Origin: Eubacteriales bacterium
Lineage (GTDB): Bacteria > Bacillota > Clostridia > Oscillospirales > CAG-272
Assembly: GCA_045127235.1 (NCBI GenBank)
Contig: JBGVPY010000046.1
Coordinates: forward strand, 29,047 to 93,046
DNA: 64,000 nucleotides
Reading direction: 5' to 3'
Shown here: piece by piece, positions 9,276-17,835 of the stretch
Numbering within the stretch: position 1 is the first letter of the stretch
How the letters are laid out: the number at the start of each line of letters is the position of its first letter
Made by a program: the position numbers and the translations under genes
The notes under the pieces: model-generated
Database searches by the model: none
What the model saw: the letters and a program-made list of their open reading frames with translations, nothing else
What the model was told of the DNA's origin: nothing

Positions 9276-11072
9276 TTACTCAACCATAGTCCATACAAGC
9301 ATTTCGCTTTCTCCGCGATTGGCGAAGGTGTAATATGGAATGAGCTTGGCTTTGATTTTAATTCTTTCGTTTGATAGCTTGGCGTAGAGCTTATTGCTTG
9401 GCTTTCTTCTAAATGCATCTGCCTCTAAGCATAAAGCGTTTAGTGATGTGTCGATAAATTCGGTAAATTCGGTATTTTTATCAAGGCGAATATCGCGAAG
9501 GTTTTTGCCGTTATCTACCTCTTCAAGACAGTAAACCATAGGTCCGCGCATTACTGCCACCTTGCCACTATCAAAGGTTACCAACGGATTTGCTTCAATA
9601 AATGTTGGCTTCATTTCAAAATTAAGCGTTACTGTTTCGCCATCATTTACATTGAATACAGCGTAGCCGTTTTCTGTTTTGCATTCATATTCATCAATAT
9701 ATTCAGGAATACGGACACAGAGCTTGGTGCTACCGCCCTTTACTGTAATTTGGATTTTTCCATCAAGTGGATAAGATGTTTTTTGTTCAATGGTTAAGCC
9801 GTTAATTTGTGCGGTGCTTTCCATAAATTGATGAACATAAATTGCATTTTGGTCGTAGGTGTATAGATAATTACCTATTGATGGAACAAAGCGGACAATG
9901 TTTGGGGGACAGCATGAGCAGAAAAACACCTCTACTCTTTCTGTGATTGGCATGCTGATTGTTTTCTCATTTAGCTCTTCATCTCTGGCTTTAAGGTATG
10001 GCAATACCTCTAATGGATTACAATAGAAAAATGATTTTCCATCAAGGGAAAATGATGATAAAAAGCCATTGTAAAGCGCTCTTTCAATTACATGGGAATA
10101 CTTAACATCGTTTGTTAAAAGCAACATTCTGTGTGCGAAAAGGACAAGACCGATTGCGGCACAGCTTTCTGTATATGCGATAAGGTTCGGTAGGTCATAA
10201 GGGATTGTAAATGCTTCCCCTGCCTTGGATGAGCCTATGCCGCCTGTTATATACATTTTGTGGTTTACAATATCATCAAAAAGCTTTTCGCAGGCATCAA
10301 GAAGAGATTTATCATTGTAGCGAAGAGCTAAATCTGCCATTGCGCTATACAAATATACGGCTCTTACGGCGTGTCCTACTGCTTCGCTTTGCTCTCTTAC
10401 GGGCTTATGGGATTGATGGTAGCTTTCTTTACACCAATCGTTTAAAAATTCAGGCTTTTTGCCTCTTTCATCAACGAAAAATTTGGAAAGCTCTAAATAT
10501 CGTTTTTCGCCTGTTACCTCGTACATTTTTACAAGTGCAAGCTCTATTTCCTCATGTCCTGGGGTTGCAAAGTCGGTATCTCTGTCAATTTTGAAGCGTT
10601 TTTCAATATAGTCGGCGTATTTGCACATTAAGTCAAGAAATCTTTTCTTGCCTGTTGCTTGGTAATATGCAACGGCGGCTTCCATTAAGTGTCCTGCGCA
10701 ATAAAGCTCGTGGCAATCGCGGTATTTGAAGCGGTTTTGCGGCTCTACCGTTTGGTAAAAAATGTTGAAATATCCACACTCATCCTGATTTTTTTCAATT
10801 AAGTCAATTAGATTTTCAACGATTGCTTCAAGGTGCGGCTCGCTCTTTTCTGCTAGCAGATATGCTACGCCCTCCATCCATTTTGCAACATCACTATCCC
10901 AAAAAATGTGAGGCTGCACAGAGGTTTTCTTATCAAAATCAAACACCTCAATTCTGCCTGTTTCGTAAAAGCGGTCATATACTGCCTTTGCAGTTACATT
11001 TCTAACTAAGTCTTGTCTTTCCTTCCAAAAGCCGCCTGTGATTTTTATATTGCTAAAATTTATGGATTTCAT
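9276..11072 (-). CDS. Glycoside hydrolase family 127 (beta-L-arabinofuranosidase-like)
   Basis: FWDSDVAKWME, HELYCAGHL, GHEEIELAL, GHAVRA, YTESCA and CSCCPPN motifs. Confidence 0.93.
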   Translation of the reverse strand: MKSINFSNIKITGGFWKERQDLVRNVTAKAVYDRFYETGRIEVFDFDKKTSVQPHIFWDSDVAKWMEGVAYLLAEKSEPHLEAIVENLIDLIEKNQDECGYFNIFYQTVEPQNRFKYRDCHELYCAGHLMEAAVAYYQATGKKRFLDLMCKYADYIEKRFKIDRDTDFATPGHEEIELALVKMYEVTGEKRYLELSKFFVDERGKKPEFLNDWCKESYHQSHKPVREQSEAVGHAVRAVYLYSAMADLALRYNDKSLLDACEKLFDDIVNHKMYITGGIGSSKAGEAFTIPYDLPNLIAYTESCAAIGLVLFAHRMLLLTNDVKYSHVIERALYNGFLSSFSLDGKSFFYCNPLEVLPYLKARDEELNEKTISMPITERVEVFFCSCCPPNIVRFVPSIGNYLYTYDQNAIYVHQFMESTAQINGLTIEQKTSYPLDGKIQITVKGGSTKLCVRIPEYIDEYECKTENGYAVFNVNDGETVTLNFEMKPTFIEANPLVTFDSGKVAVMRGPMVYCLEEVDNGKNLRDIRLDKNTEFTEFIDTSLNALCLEADAFRRKPSNKLYAKLSNERIKIKAKLIPYYTFANRGESEMLVWTMVE

Positions 11073-11249
11073 TTCTACCTCGTTTTGTTATGATTTTTCA
11101 TTTTGATTTTAGCATACTTTTTCGTGTTTTTCAACTTTTTTAGAACAAATTTTATAGTAATAAAATATTTGTAAATTTTTGCATATTATTGTTGATTAAA
11201 TTAATCGCGTATGATATAATATAAAAAATTTTTATTCTTTAAGGAGAAA

Positions 11250-14200
11250 ATGACAATGAAGAAAAAACACTTACTTCGCAGTATTCTTGCGATTGCTTTG
11301 TGCATTTTAATGATTGGTACAGTCATTGCAGTTGGCTATACGATTTATGAAAATGTTCAAGGCAAAAAGGTAGTTATTGACAAGGACAACAACTTGCCTG
11401 TTGTTAAGCCTTCTAATGGTAGCGTATCTGCTCCTGTAACTACCGAAAACGGTTTAACTGTTAGCGACGTTACGTTAAAGACAAATAACGATGGCGTTTT
11501 AGCGGTTATTCCACAAGGCACAAAGCTTAACGATGGAGTTAAAGAGGTAACTCTTACCGTTAAGGAAATCAAGGACAGCCAAGCTAACATTAAGCTTGAG
11601 GATAACGAAGAAAAGGTTTCATACGATATTCATATTGAGGGCGTAGCAAATGACAACACCGCTCCAATTAAGGTTTACGTAAAGGAAATGTTACCTAGCG
11701 GTCTTAATATCGGTAACTACTCACTTTACCACGTAGAAAACGGCACAACAACTGCAATGACTGCCGTTAACGGCGAGGCTACACATAACAGCTTTGAGTA
11801 TGATGCGGTAACAGGCGACGTTACACTTTATCTTGCTTCATTCTCTGAGGTTGCATTAGTTGCTGATACAGAGAATGCTTGGAACGGTACTGTTGCTACT
11901 GCTTTTGCTAGTGGTACAGGTACAGAGAAAGATCCTTTCATCATCGCAAATGCAGACCAGTTGGCTTACTTCAGCAAAGTAGTTGGCGGTATGGACGGAT
12001 ATACACAAAATTCCTTCACAAAAGCGCATGTAAAATTAGTTGCTGATATCAACCTTGGTTACGGTGTAGAAAATCACACATACCAAATGTTTGAGCCAAT
12101 CGGTTATTACTACACAGATGATAAAAACGCTGATGGTACAAAGGGCGATTATTACAGCACAGTTAACTCCTTTGAAGGAACATTTGACGGTAACGGTCAT
12201 AAGGTTGCTAACTTCTACCAAAACACTTGGGAAATTAAGGGCGATTACGACGCTAACTACTACTCTGACGCTATGGGTCTTTTCGGTTATGTAGTTAACG
12301 GTAAAATCGAGAATTTAACTGTTGATAACTTCTCATCTGATGGCGAATTTACTCCTACCGGTGTTATTGCAGCTTATGCAGTTAACTCTACTTTTGAAAA
12401 TATTGCTATTACAGAATGTAATCCAAGAGTTTACAATACAGGTAACGGTGGTATCGTTGGTATCGGTGGTAACAGTGATGATCCAGACACATACGGGCTA
12501 ACATTTACAAACATTACAATAGACAACTCAAATAAAATCACTGCTCTTTGGGGCTCATGGGATGTTGCTTGTGGCGGTCTAGTTGGTATGTTCCGCGGTG
12601 CAGGTCATGCTTATATGACTAACTGCCACGTAGCTGCTCAAATTGATGTTTATAATGACGTATGCGGTAACTATCAATACTATTGGTACAGATATTCAGG
12701 TATGATGATCGGTACAAATAAAAACATGATTACCGATAAAGACGGATACACCGTTCCAGAAACTTCCAAATTCCATGCTGAGAACTGTACCGTTCATTTT
12801 GGTACATGGAACGACTACTACTATTGTGAATTAGTTGCTAATACACTTGCTTCTTATACACACGACCATCAATTCAGCCGTTTGGAGCAGGTTGATGCGG
12901 TTGACACAAATAGTATGACAATTACCGTTGGTAAAGAAACAACTACTATTCCTACAAATGGCAGATATAATTATGTTGTAGTAACTGCAAAAGAAGGCGA
13001 GGAGCAATCAACTGAAAAAGCAGTATGCTATCACTTTGTTGATGGCGAAGTTTGGACTCACGATGATGCAGGTACGGAGACAGTTAACGGACAAACCGTT
13101 CTTAAGGAAGACAACCAACATATTTATCTTCCATTCAACCAGCTCTTTACAGGCTATGGCTGGGGTGTAAAACACATTCCTGTTTATAACGGCGAAAATT
13201 ACGCTTTTGAAGGAATTACAATCCTTGACAGAGAGGTTGCAAATTCTGTTGAAAAGTTTGAGATCAACAACAAACTTGATAGTATAGCAACTGGAACAAC
13301 AATAACGGTTGGAGAATTATTCAAAGAAAAAGAGTCATTAAAACTCGCTATAAATAATAATACCGTATCTGTTTTCGTTTCTGCTATTGGTGAAAGCAGC
13401 ACCGCAAGTGCTATATACACACCAAACACGTCAGATTGGACCAAGGGCACTCTTGCTTTTGACGGATCTGGCAAAGCTCAAATTACAATTACTGACTACT
13501 ATTACTGTACAGAAACAACATACAATGTAACAGTTGGTACTCCTGAGTTTGCTAAAAAATTCAATGGTGATTTCCTCTATAGAGTAGGAAATGAAAACAC
13601 AGTTTCATTAGGCTCACTATTTGAAATTACTAACGGAAAGTTTAATAAAAACTTAAATGTAAGCATAACTGTATCTCAAATTGCTGGCACTTCATCTGGC
13701 AATTTCACAGCAAACACAGCCGCCGATTGGACACAAAGCACTATAAAATTCAATGATACCGGTGTTGTAAAAGTTGATCTTTCATACGGTGAAAACATAG
13801 TTACTACATTAAATCTTGAAGTTGTAAAAGCCAAGAATGTAACATCGGCTTCTTTCAGTGGAAATGTTGTTTTGTTAAATGATGTATCCACATCAAGCAC
13901 TTTAAGTGCAACCGGTGTAGTATATGGTAACGGCTTCACTGTTAATATGGAAAATGCTCCAATTTCAGAGAAAAACGGTGCTATATTCCATTTGTATGAC
14001 GGTGCGACTTTAAAAAATCTCAGCATCATTGGTAAGGAATTTACAAGCGTTGTTACAACTGTAAATAACACAAATTACGGTGTTTCTGTTGTAAGAGCTT
14101 GGGGTATAGCTACCATAGAAAATTGCTACATTTCAGGCTGTCGTTCAGCAGTTTCTGTAACTGGTTCAGAATTAACAATTAAAGACAGTGTAATCGCTAA

Positions 14201-16325
14201 TGGCGTTTATGCTAATATTGACTTTAGATCTGGTATTCTTAATTTACACAATGTTACTACTGTTAATGAACCACACAAGGTAGGTAATACTACTATTGTT
14301 GGTCTTGGTATCGTTGGTAATATGACCGCTTCTGCCGGAAGACAGTTGAATATTACTGGAACACTAACTCAGTATAACTGGGTTTCAAAAGCTGACTGTG
14401 AAAGCATTCAAACTACTGGCATTTCCGATATTTTCAATTCAGTATTTACAGATAACAAATACGCAAATCTTCGTTATACTTACAATGGCACAACATATGT
14501 TAACACAGGTATTCTATCACTTTGTAATGACTTCGGTGCAAGCTCTATAACAGGAGTTCCTTCCAATTATATAGGTATGGATGTTACTGCAACAATCGGT
14601 ACCACTGTTACTGGATATGTATGGGCACCTAGTCAAGCAAAAGAATTAACTAATGATGATATGCAATATCATGATAAAACATATGAATGGAAGGCTAGTA
14701 GCCAAGGAACATCATTTATTGCTCCTAGTTTCAATTATGAAAACGCCAATCTTGTAGCAGAAAACGACATAGTACAAATCGAGTATGAAAGCGGTAGCTC
14801 ATACACATTATCTGCTGCTATTATTAAGGCACTTCTTTCTGCTCAAAAATACGGACAGGCTTTATCTTACACAGTTACAATGAACGGTGCTGACTATACA
14901 GATAAAGACATTACATTTGATGCTACTTCTACACAAACATACACAATCGTTTATACAATTACAGATAATCTTGTTTATGACAAAGATGGAAAGCTAACAA
15001 ATACAACCTATGAAATAACAAAGAAATTAAATGTATTTGCTACTGTTGTTGATAAGGGTGCTGATGCTCCTACATTCAACTTCTATTATGGTACTAACGG
15101 TTCAGCAAGTGCTGGTTCACCTCATGTAAATCAGCCAACCAACTCTTATACAAGCAAAATTGAAACGATTGGTGAAGCATATTACATTATGCCTAATGTA
15201 AACGCAACATCAGCAAATGCAATCGGCTCAAAAACAGTTGACGGTATAACTGTTTATTATCCTATTGTGGATGGTATAAATGTTCGTTCAGGTAGCTCAA
15301 CTGATTACGATTTTATGAGATATTATCCAATTTTTAAGGCAGTTAAAATTTCTGACAACGACACTGAATATTCATATAGTGGAACAAAAGAAATGCCTGC
15401 AACAATTTCATGGCTAAGTGCTGAAATTGATAGTGGCAACGGTGCCTCCTCTTTAAATGACGGATTTGGACTTTATAATAATCAGTATTTATGTAAAATT
15501 CAGAAAAAGGCTGGCGATGCCGAGGCTGGTGGTACATCAATAGTCAAGTTCTCATACACAGCATTAGACGGTAATACTTACTATTATTATGTTGGATTTA
15601 GATTTTATGATGAGGATGAGGGAGGATTATGCATAACCCCCGATACACTTATCACACTTGCAGACGGCACACAGGTAAGAGTTGATAGCTTAACAGGTAA
15701 TGAAAATCTTCTTGTTTGGAATCACGAAACAGGTAAGTTTGACATAGCTCCTGTTGCATACATTGTAAATCACAGTGGAGAGTCAAGCAACACGGAAATC
15801 ATTCACTTATACTTCTCTAATGGTAGTGAAGTTAAGATTATTGGTGAGCATGTATTCTATGACGCAACTCTTAATAAATACATAGCCATTGACACCAACA
15901 ATGCTGGAGAATTTATCGGTCACAAGTTCCTTGGCTTAGGCGATAGCTCTCTAAGCGAGGTTGAATTAGTTGCAGTTGAAAGAACTGTTGAGGAAACTGA
16001 GGTTTACGAGGTTGTTTCATACAAGCATTTGACATGCTTTACAAATGGAATTCTTTCAACATCAGCATATCTTGACAAGTTATTAAATATCTTTGATATT
16101 GATACCGAAACATATGCTTACAATGCTGAATCAGTTCAAAAGGATATTGAAGCATACGGTCTATACACATATGCTGACTTTGAGGGATTAATTTCTGAGG
16201 AAGCATTTGAGTTATATAATGCTAAATATCTAAAAATAGCCGTTGGAAAAGGATACATTACTTGGGATGATATTCTTGACTTGATTGATATTTATTTCAA
16301 TGTTGATGTTCAACCTATTCAATAA
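11250..16325 (+). CDS. 1691-aa exported/surface protein: signal/TM, GLUG-like and beta-helix-like regions, C-terminal Hint domain and tail
   Basis: N-terminal KKKH plus hydrophobic stretch; GTGTEKDPFIIANADQL and FEGTFDGNGH motifs; Hint start CITPDTLITLADG at aa 1461 (nt 15630); SD AAGGAG. Confidence 0.88.
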   Translation: MTMKKKHLLRSILAIALCILMIGTVIAVGYTIYENVQGKKVVIDKDNNLPVVKPSNGSVSAPVTTENGLTVSDVTLKTNNDGVLAVIPQGTKLNDGVKEVTLTVKEIKDSQANIKLEDNEEKVSYDIHIEGVANDNTAPIKVYVKEMLPSGLNIGNYSLYHVENGTTTAMTAVNGEATHNSFEYDAVTGDVTLYLASFSEVALVADTENAWNGTVATAFASGTGTEKDPFIIANADQLAYFSKVVGGMDGYTQNSFTKAHVKLVADINLGYGVENHTYQMFEPIGYYYTDDKNADGTKGDYYSTVNSFEGTFDGNGHKVANFYQNTWEIKGDYDANYYSDAMGLFGYVVNGKIENLTVDNFSSDGEFTPTGVIAAYAVNSTFENIAITECNPRVYNTGNGGIVGIGGNSDDPDTYGLTFTNITIDNSNKITALWGSWDVACGGLVGMFRGAGHAYMTNCHVAAQIDVYNDVCGNYQYYWYRYSGMMIGTNKNMITDKDGYTVPETSKFHAENCTVHFGTWNDYYYCELVANTLASYTHDHQFSRLEQVDAVDTNSMTITVGKETTTIPTNGRYNYVVVTAKEGEEQSTEKAVCYHFVDGEVWTHDDAGTETVNGQTVLKEDNQHIYLPFNQLFTGYGWGVKHIPVYNGENYAFEGITILDREVANSVEKFEINNKLDSIATGTTITVGELFKEKESLKLAINNNTVSVFVSAIGESSTASAIYTPNTSDWTKGTLAFDGSGKAQITITDYYYCTETTYNVTVGTPEFAKKFNGDFLYRVGNENTVSLGSLFEITNGKFNKNLNVSITVSQIAGTSSGNFTANTAADWTQSTIKFNDTGVVKVDLSYGENIVTTLNLEVVKAKNVTSASFSGNVVLLNDVSTSSTLSATGVVYGNGFTVNMENAPISEKNGAIFHLYDGATLKNLSIIGKEFTSVVTTVNNTNYGVSVVRAWGIATIENCYISGCRSAVSVTGSELTIKDSVIANGVYANIDFRSGILNLHNVTTVNEPHKVGNTTIVGLGIVGNMTASAGRQLNITGTLTQYNWVSKADCESIQTTGISDIFNSVFTDNKYANLRYTYNGTTYVNTGILSLCNDFGASSITGVPSNYIGMDVTATIGTTVTGYVWAPSQAKELTNDDMQYHDKTYEWKASSQGTSFIAPSFNYENANLVAENDIVQIEYESGSSYTLSAAIIKALLSAQKYGQALSYTVTMNGADYTDKDITFDATSTQTYTIVYTITDNLVYDKDGKLTNTTYEITKKLNVFATVVDKGADAPTFNFYYGTNGSASAGSPHVNQPTNSYTSKIETIGEAYYIMPNVNATSANAIGSKTVDGITVYYPIVDGINVRSGSSTDYDFMRYYPIFKAVKISDNDTEYSYSGTKEMPATISWLSAEIDSGNGASSLNDGFGLYNNQYLCKIQKKAGDAEAGGTSIVKFSYTALDGNTYYYYVGFRFYDEDEGGLCITPDTLITLADGTQVRVDSLTGNENLLVWNHETGKFDIAPVAYIVNHSGESSNTEIIHLYFSNGSEVKIIGEHVFYDATLNKYIAIDTNNAGEFIGHKFLGLGDSSLSEVELVAVERTVEETEVYEVVSYKHLTCFTNGILSTSAYLDKLLNIFDIDTETYAYNAESVQKDIEAYGLYTYADFEGLISEEAFELYNAKYLKIAVGKGYITWDDILDLIDIYFNVDVQPIQ

Positions 16326-16338
16326 CAAATAATATAAC

Positions 16339-16366
16339 AAAAACCTTGCTTCGTGCAAGGTTTTTT
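16339..16366. terminator. Terminator after the Hint-domain gene
   Basis: aaaaaccttgc-ttcgt-gcaaggtttttt. Confidence 0.8.
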
Positions 16367-16369
16367 GTT

Positions 16370-16414
16370 TGTTATGCTGAGATTATGTAGGCTTTCAATG
16401 GGAATGAGCCTATT
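16370..16414 (-). pseudogene. Orphan duplicate of the last 13 codons of the cupin gene
   Basis: 28-bp exact repeat (16370-16397 = 16487-16514) extended by a diverged stretch; encodes IGSFPLKAYIISA* versus IGSFPMKAYIISA*. Confidence 0.7.
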
Positions 16415-16418
16415 ACAA

Positions 16419-16468
16419 GGCTCCCTTGTGTAAAGGGAGCTGACACCACAGGTGTCTGAGGGATTGTT
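16419..16468. repeat. REP-like double hairpin, family A, copy 1
   Basis: ggctcccttgtgtaaagggagctgacaccacaggtgtctgagggattgtt; homologs at 45361 and 58234. Confidence 0.85.
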
Positions 16469-16488
16469 GTTTTTTGCTTTATTAACTG

Positions 16489-16806
16489 TTATGCTGAGAT
16501 TATGTAGGCTTTCATTGGAAATGATCCGATGTTGATGATGTTATAGTAGGTGGACCTTGGGATTATGAGCATTTGGCCGCTTTCGGCTCTTTCGCGCAGG
16601 TCGGAGCAGTTTTCATCCGAGCCTAAATATACAGCGCATTTGCCGTTTTCAATTTTGATTAGTTGCTCTGCTTCGTGGTTAATTTTTAGTCCTGTGTCCT
16701 GTCGTGGCATTATGCTTATTAGATCAATTTTCATTTTGTCCCCTTGCCATAGGTTGTTTTCAAAGTTTTTGTTGGTTTTAACTAAATCCTTAATATTTAA
16801 AATCAT
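16489..16806 (-). CDS. Cupin-fold protein (degenerate)
   Basis: N-N-F-x-x-x-LW, EQLIKIENG and IPRSTYYNIINIG resemble clostridial cupin_2 proteins, but the metal-binding His residues are partly lost; SD GGGAG. Confidence 0.65.
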   Translation of the reverse strand: MILNIKDLVKTNKNFENNLWQGDKMKIDLISIMPRQDTGLKINHEAEQLIKIENGKCAVYLGSDENCSDLRERAESGQMLIIPRSTYYNIINIGSFPMKAYIISA

Positions 16807-17012
16807 TAGAATGCTCCCTTTGGTTGCTTTAGCTATCAGCCGTCAGCTGCTAGCAGTCAGCAAGATTTCTTATAGATTATACTTTCTTATATTTGAAAAT
16901 TTTATCAAATTTTCTGCTTATTTTAAATATATGAAGATTATATTCTTTTATGTCTTTTGCAACAAAGAAAACCGCCTCATATTGAGACGGTTTTATGTTA
17001 TTATGATGCGAT

Positions 17013-17327
17013 TTATAGCAACAGGCAACGGACAATTAATGTTAAAATTGAGAGTGCAGTTATGCAGATAAAATAGATTTTTCTTTTTTTGTCCTCATAT
17101 ATATGGGCAATTCCAATACCTACGCCACCTACTGCGGAAATAATACCATAATGAATTAAATTTAATATATTCACATAAAAGTAGCCTATTATTGCTAAAA
17201 AGCCAAGTTGAGTATTTGTATTTTCAGATGATTGCAAGCTGTTTATGATATGAACCAATGTAACAATTATATATGAAAGAAGCGTAAAAATTTCAAATAC
17301 TATCATTAAATTTTTAACTTTTTTCAT
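17013..17327 (-). CDS. Small hypothetical membrane protein (about 3 TM)
   Basis: Hydrophobic 104-aa ORF; SD AGGGGG; own terminator at 16968-16994. Confidence 0.7.
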   Translation of the reverse strand: MKKVKNLMIVFEIFTLLSYIIVTLVHIINSLQSSENTNTQLGFLAIIGYFYVNILNLIHYGIISAVGGVGIGIAHIYEDKKRKIYFICITALSILTLIVRCLLL

Positions 17328-17342
17328 TATAGCACCCCCTTA

Positions 17343-17684
17343 TCATTTAAGAATAAGCATGTATATTAAAAAGTTTATAAGCGTGGTAGCTGGTGGTGCT
17401 ACTGTCATTATTATAGAGTTTCTTATGCTTTTTTTGTTTTTAATTTTACTTGACATTACTATGCCGACTATACCAAGCGTAAGAGGTATTATGTATAAGA
17501 TAGATGCAAAAAGAGTTAGAACTAAACAAACTGCTCCGCCAAGCTTCCACCAATCGTCATTTTGAGATCCACCTAGGCTACTAATAAATAATAGCATCAT
17601 AAATACTAAAAATGCGGTTACTGCTATATAAGCTATTAAGCCTATGGTTTTTAAAAGTTTAAGAGTTTTTTCATTTTTTGTCAT
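17343..17684 (-). CDS. Small hypothetical membrane protein (about 3 TM)
   Basis: Hydrophobic 113-aa ORF; SD AAGGAGG. Confidence 0.75.
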   Translation of the reverse strand: MTKNEKTLKLLKTIGLIAYIAVTAFLVFMMLLFISSLGGSQNDDWWKLGGAVCLVLTLFASILYIIPLTLGIVGIVMSSKIKNKKSIRNSIIMTVAPPATTLINFLIYMLILK

Positions 17685-17835
17685 AATAGCACCTCCTTAT
17701 GTTTATATTTTATCATATTTTTTGAGGCTTTTCAAGTGTACATTTTTTCTGCGGTAAAACTGTTAATCTAATCTTGATAACTGCTAACGGCTGGCGGCTG
17801 ACGGCTAAAAAAATAGCCGATTTCTCGGCTATTTT

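Larger units (their letters stand above)
16829..17808. mobile_element. Putative cassette: two AT-rich membrane-protein genes bracketed by ~39-bp inverted heptamer arms
   Basis: Left arm ttagctatcagccgtcagctgctagcagtcagcaagatt (16829-16867); reverse complement of right arm ttagccgtcagccgccagccgttagcagttatcaagatt (17770-17808). Confidence 0.5.

Noticed and set aside
15630-16064. Canonical protein-splicing intein
   Set aside because: No terminal His-Asn, no endonuclease domain, and not inserted in a conserved host enzyme; treated as a Hedgehog/BIL-like Hint instead
16370-16530. DGR template/variable repeat pair
   Set aside because: Only ~45 bp; differences are mostly synonymous and not confined to adenines; no reverse transcriptase in the window
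16550-17071. 173-aa plus-strand ORF and other short overlapping ORFs in the track
   Set aside because: Antisense or out of frame to better-supported genes, with no SD or recognisable motifs
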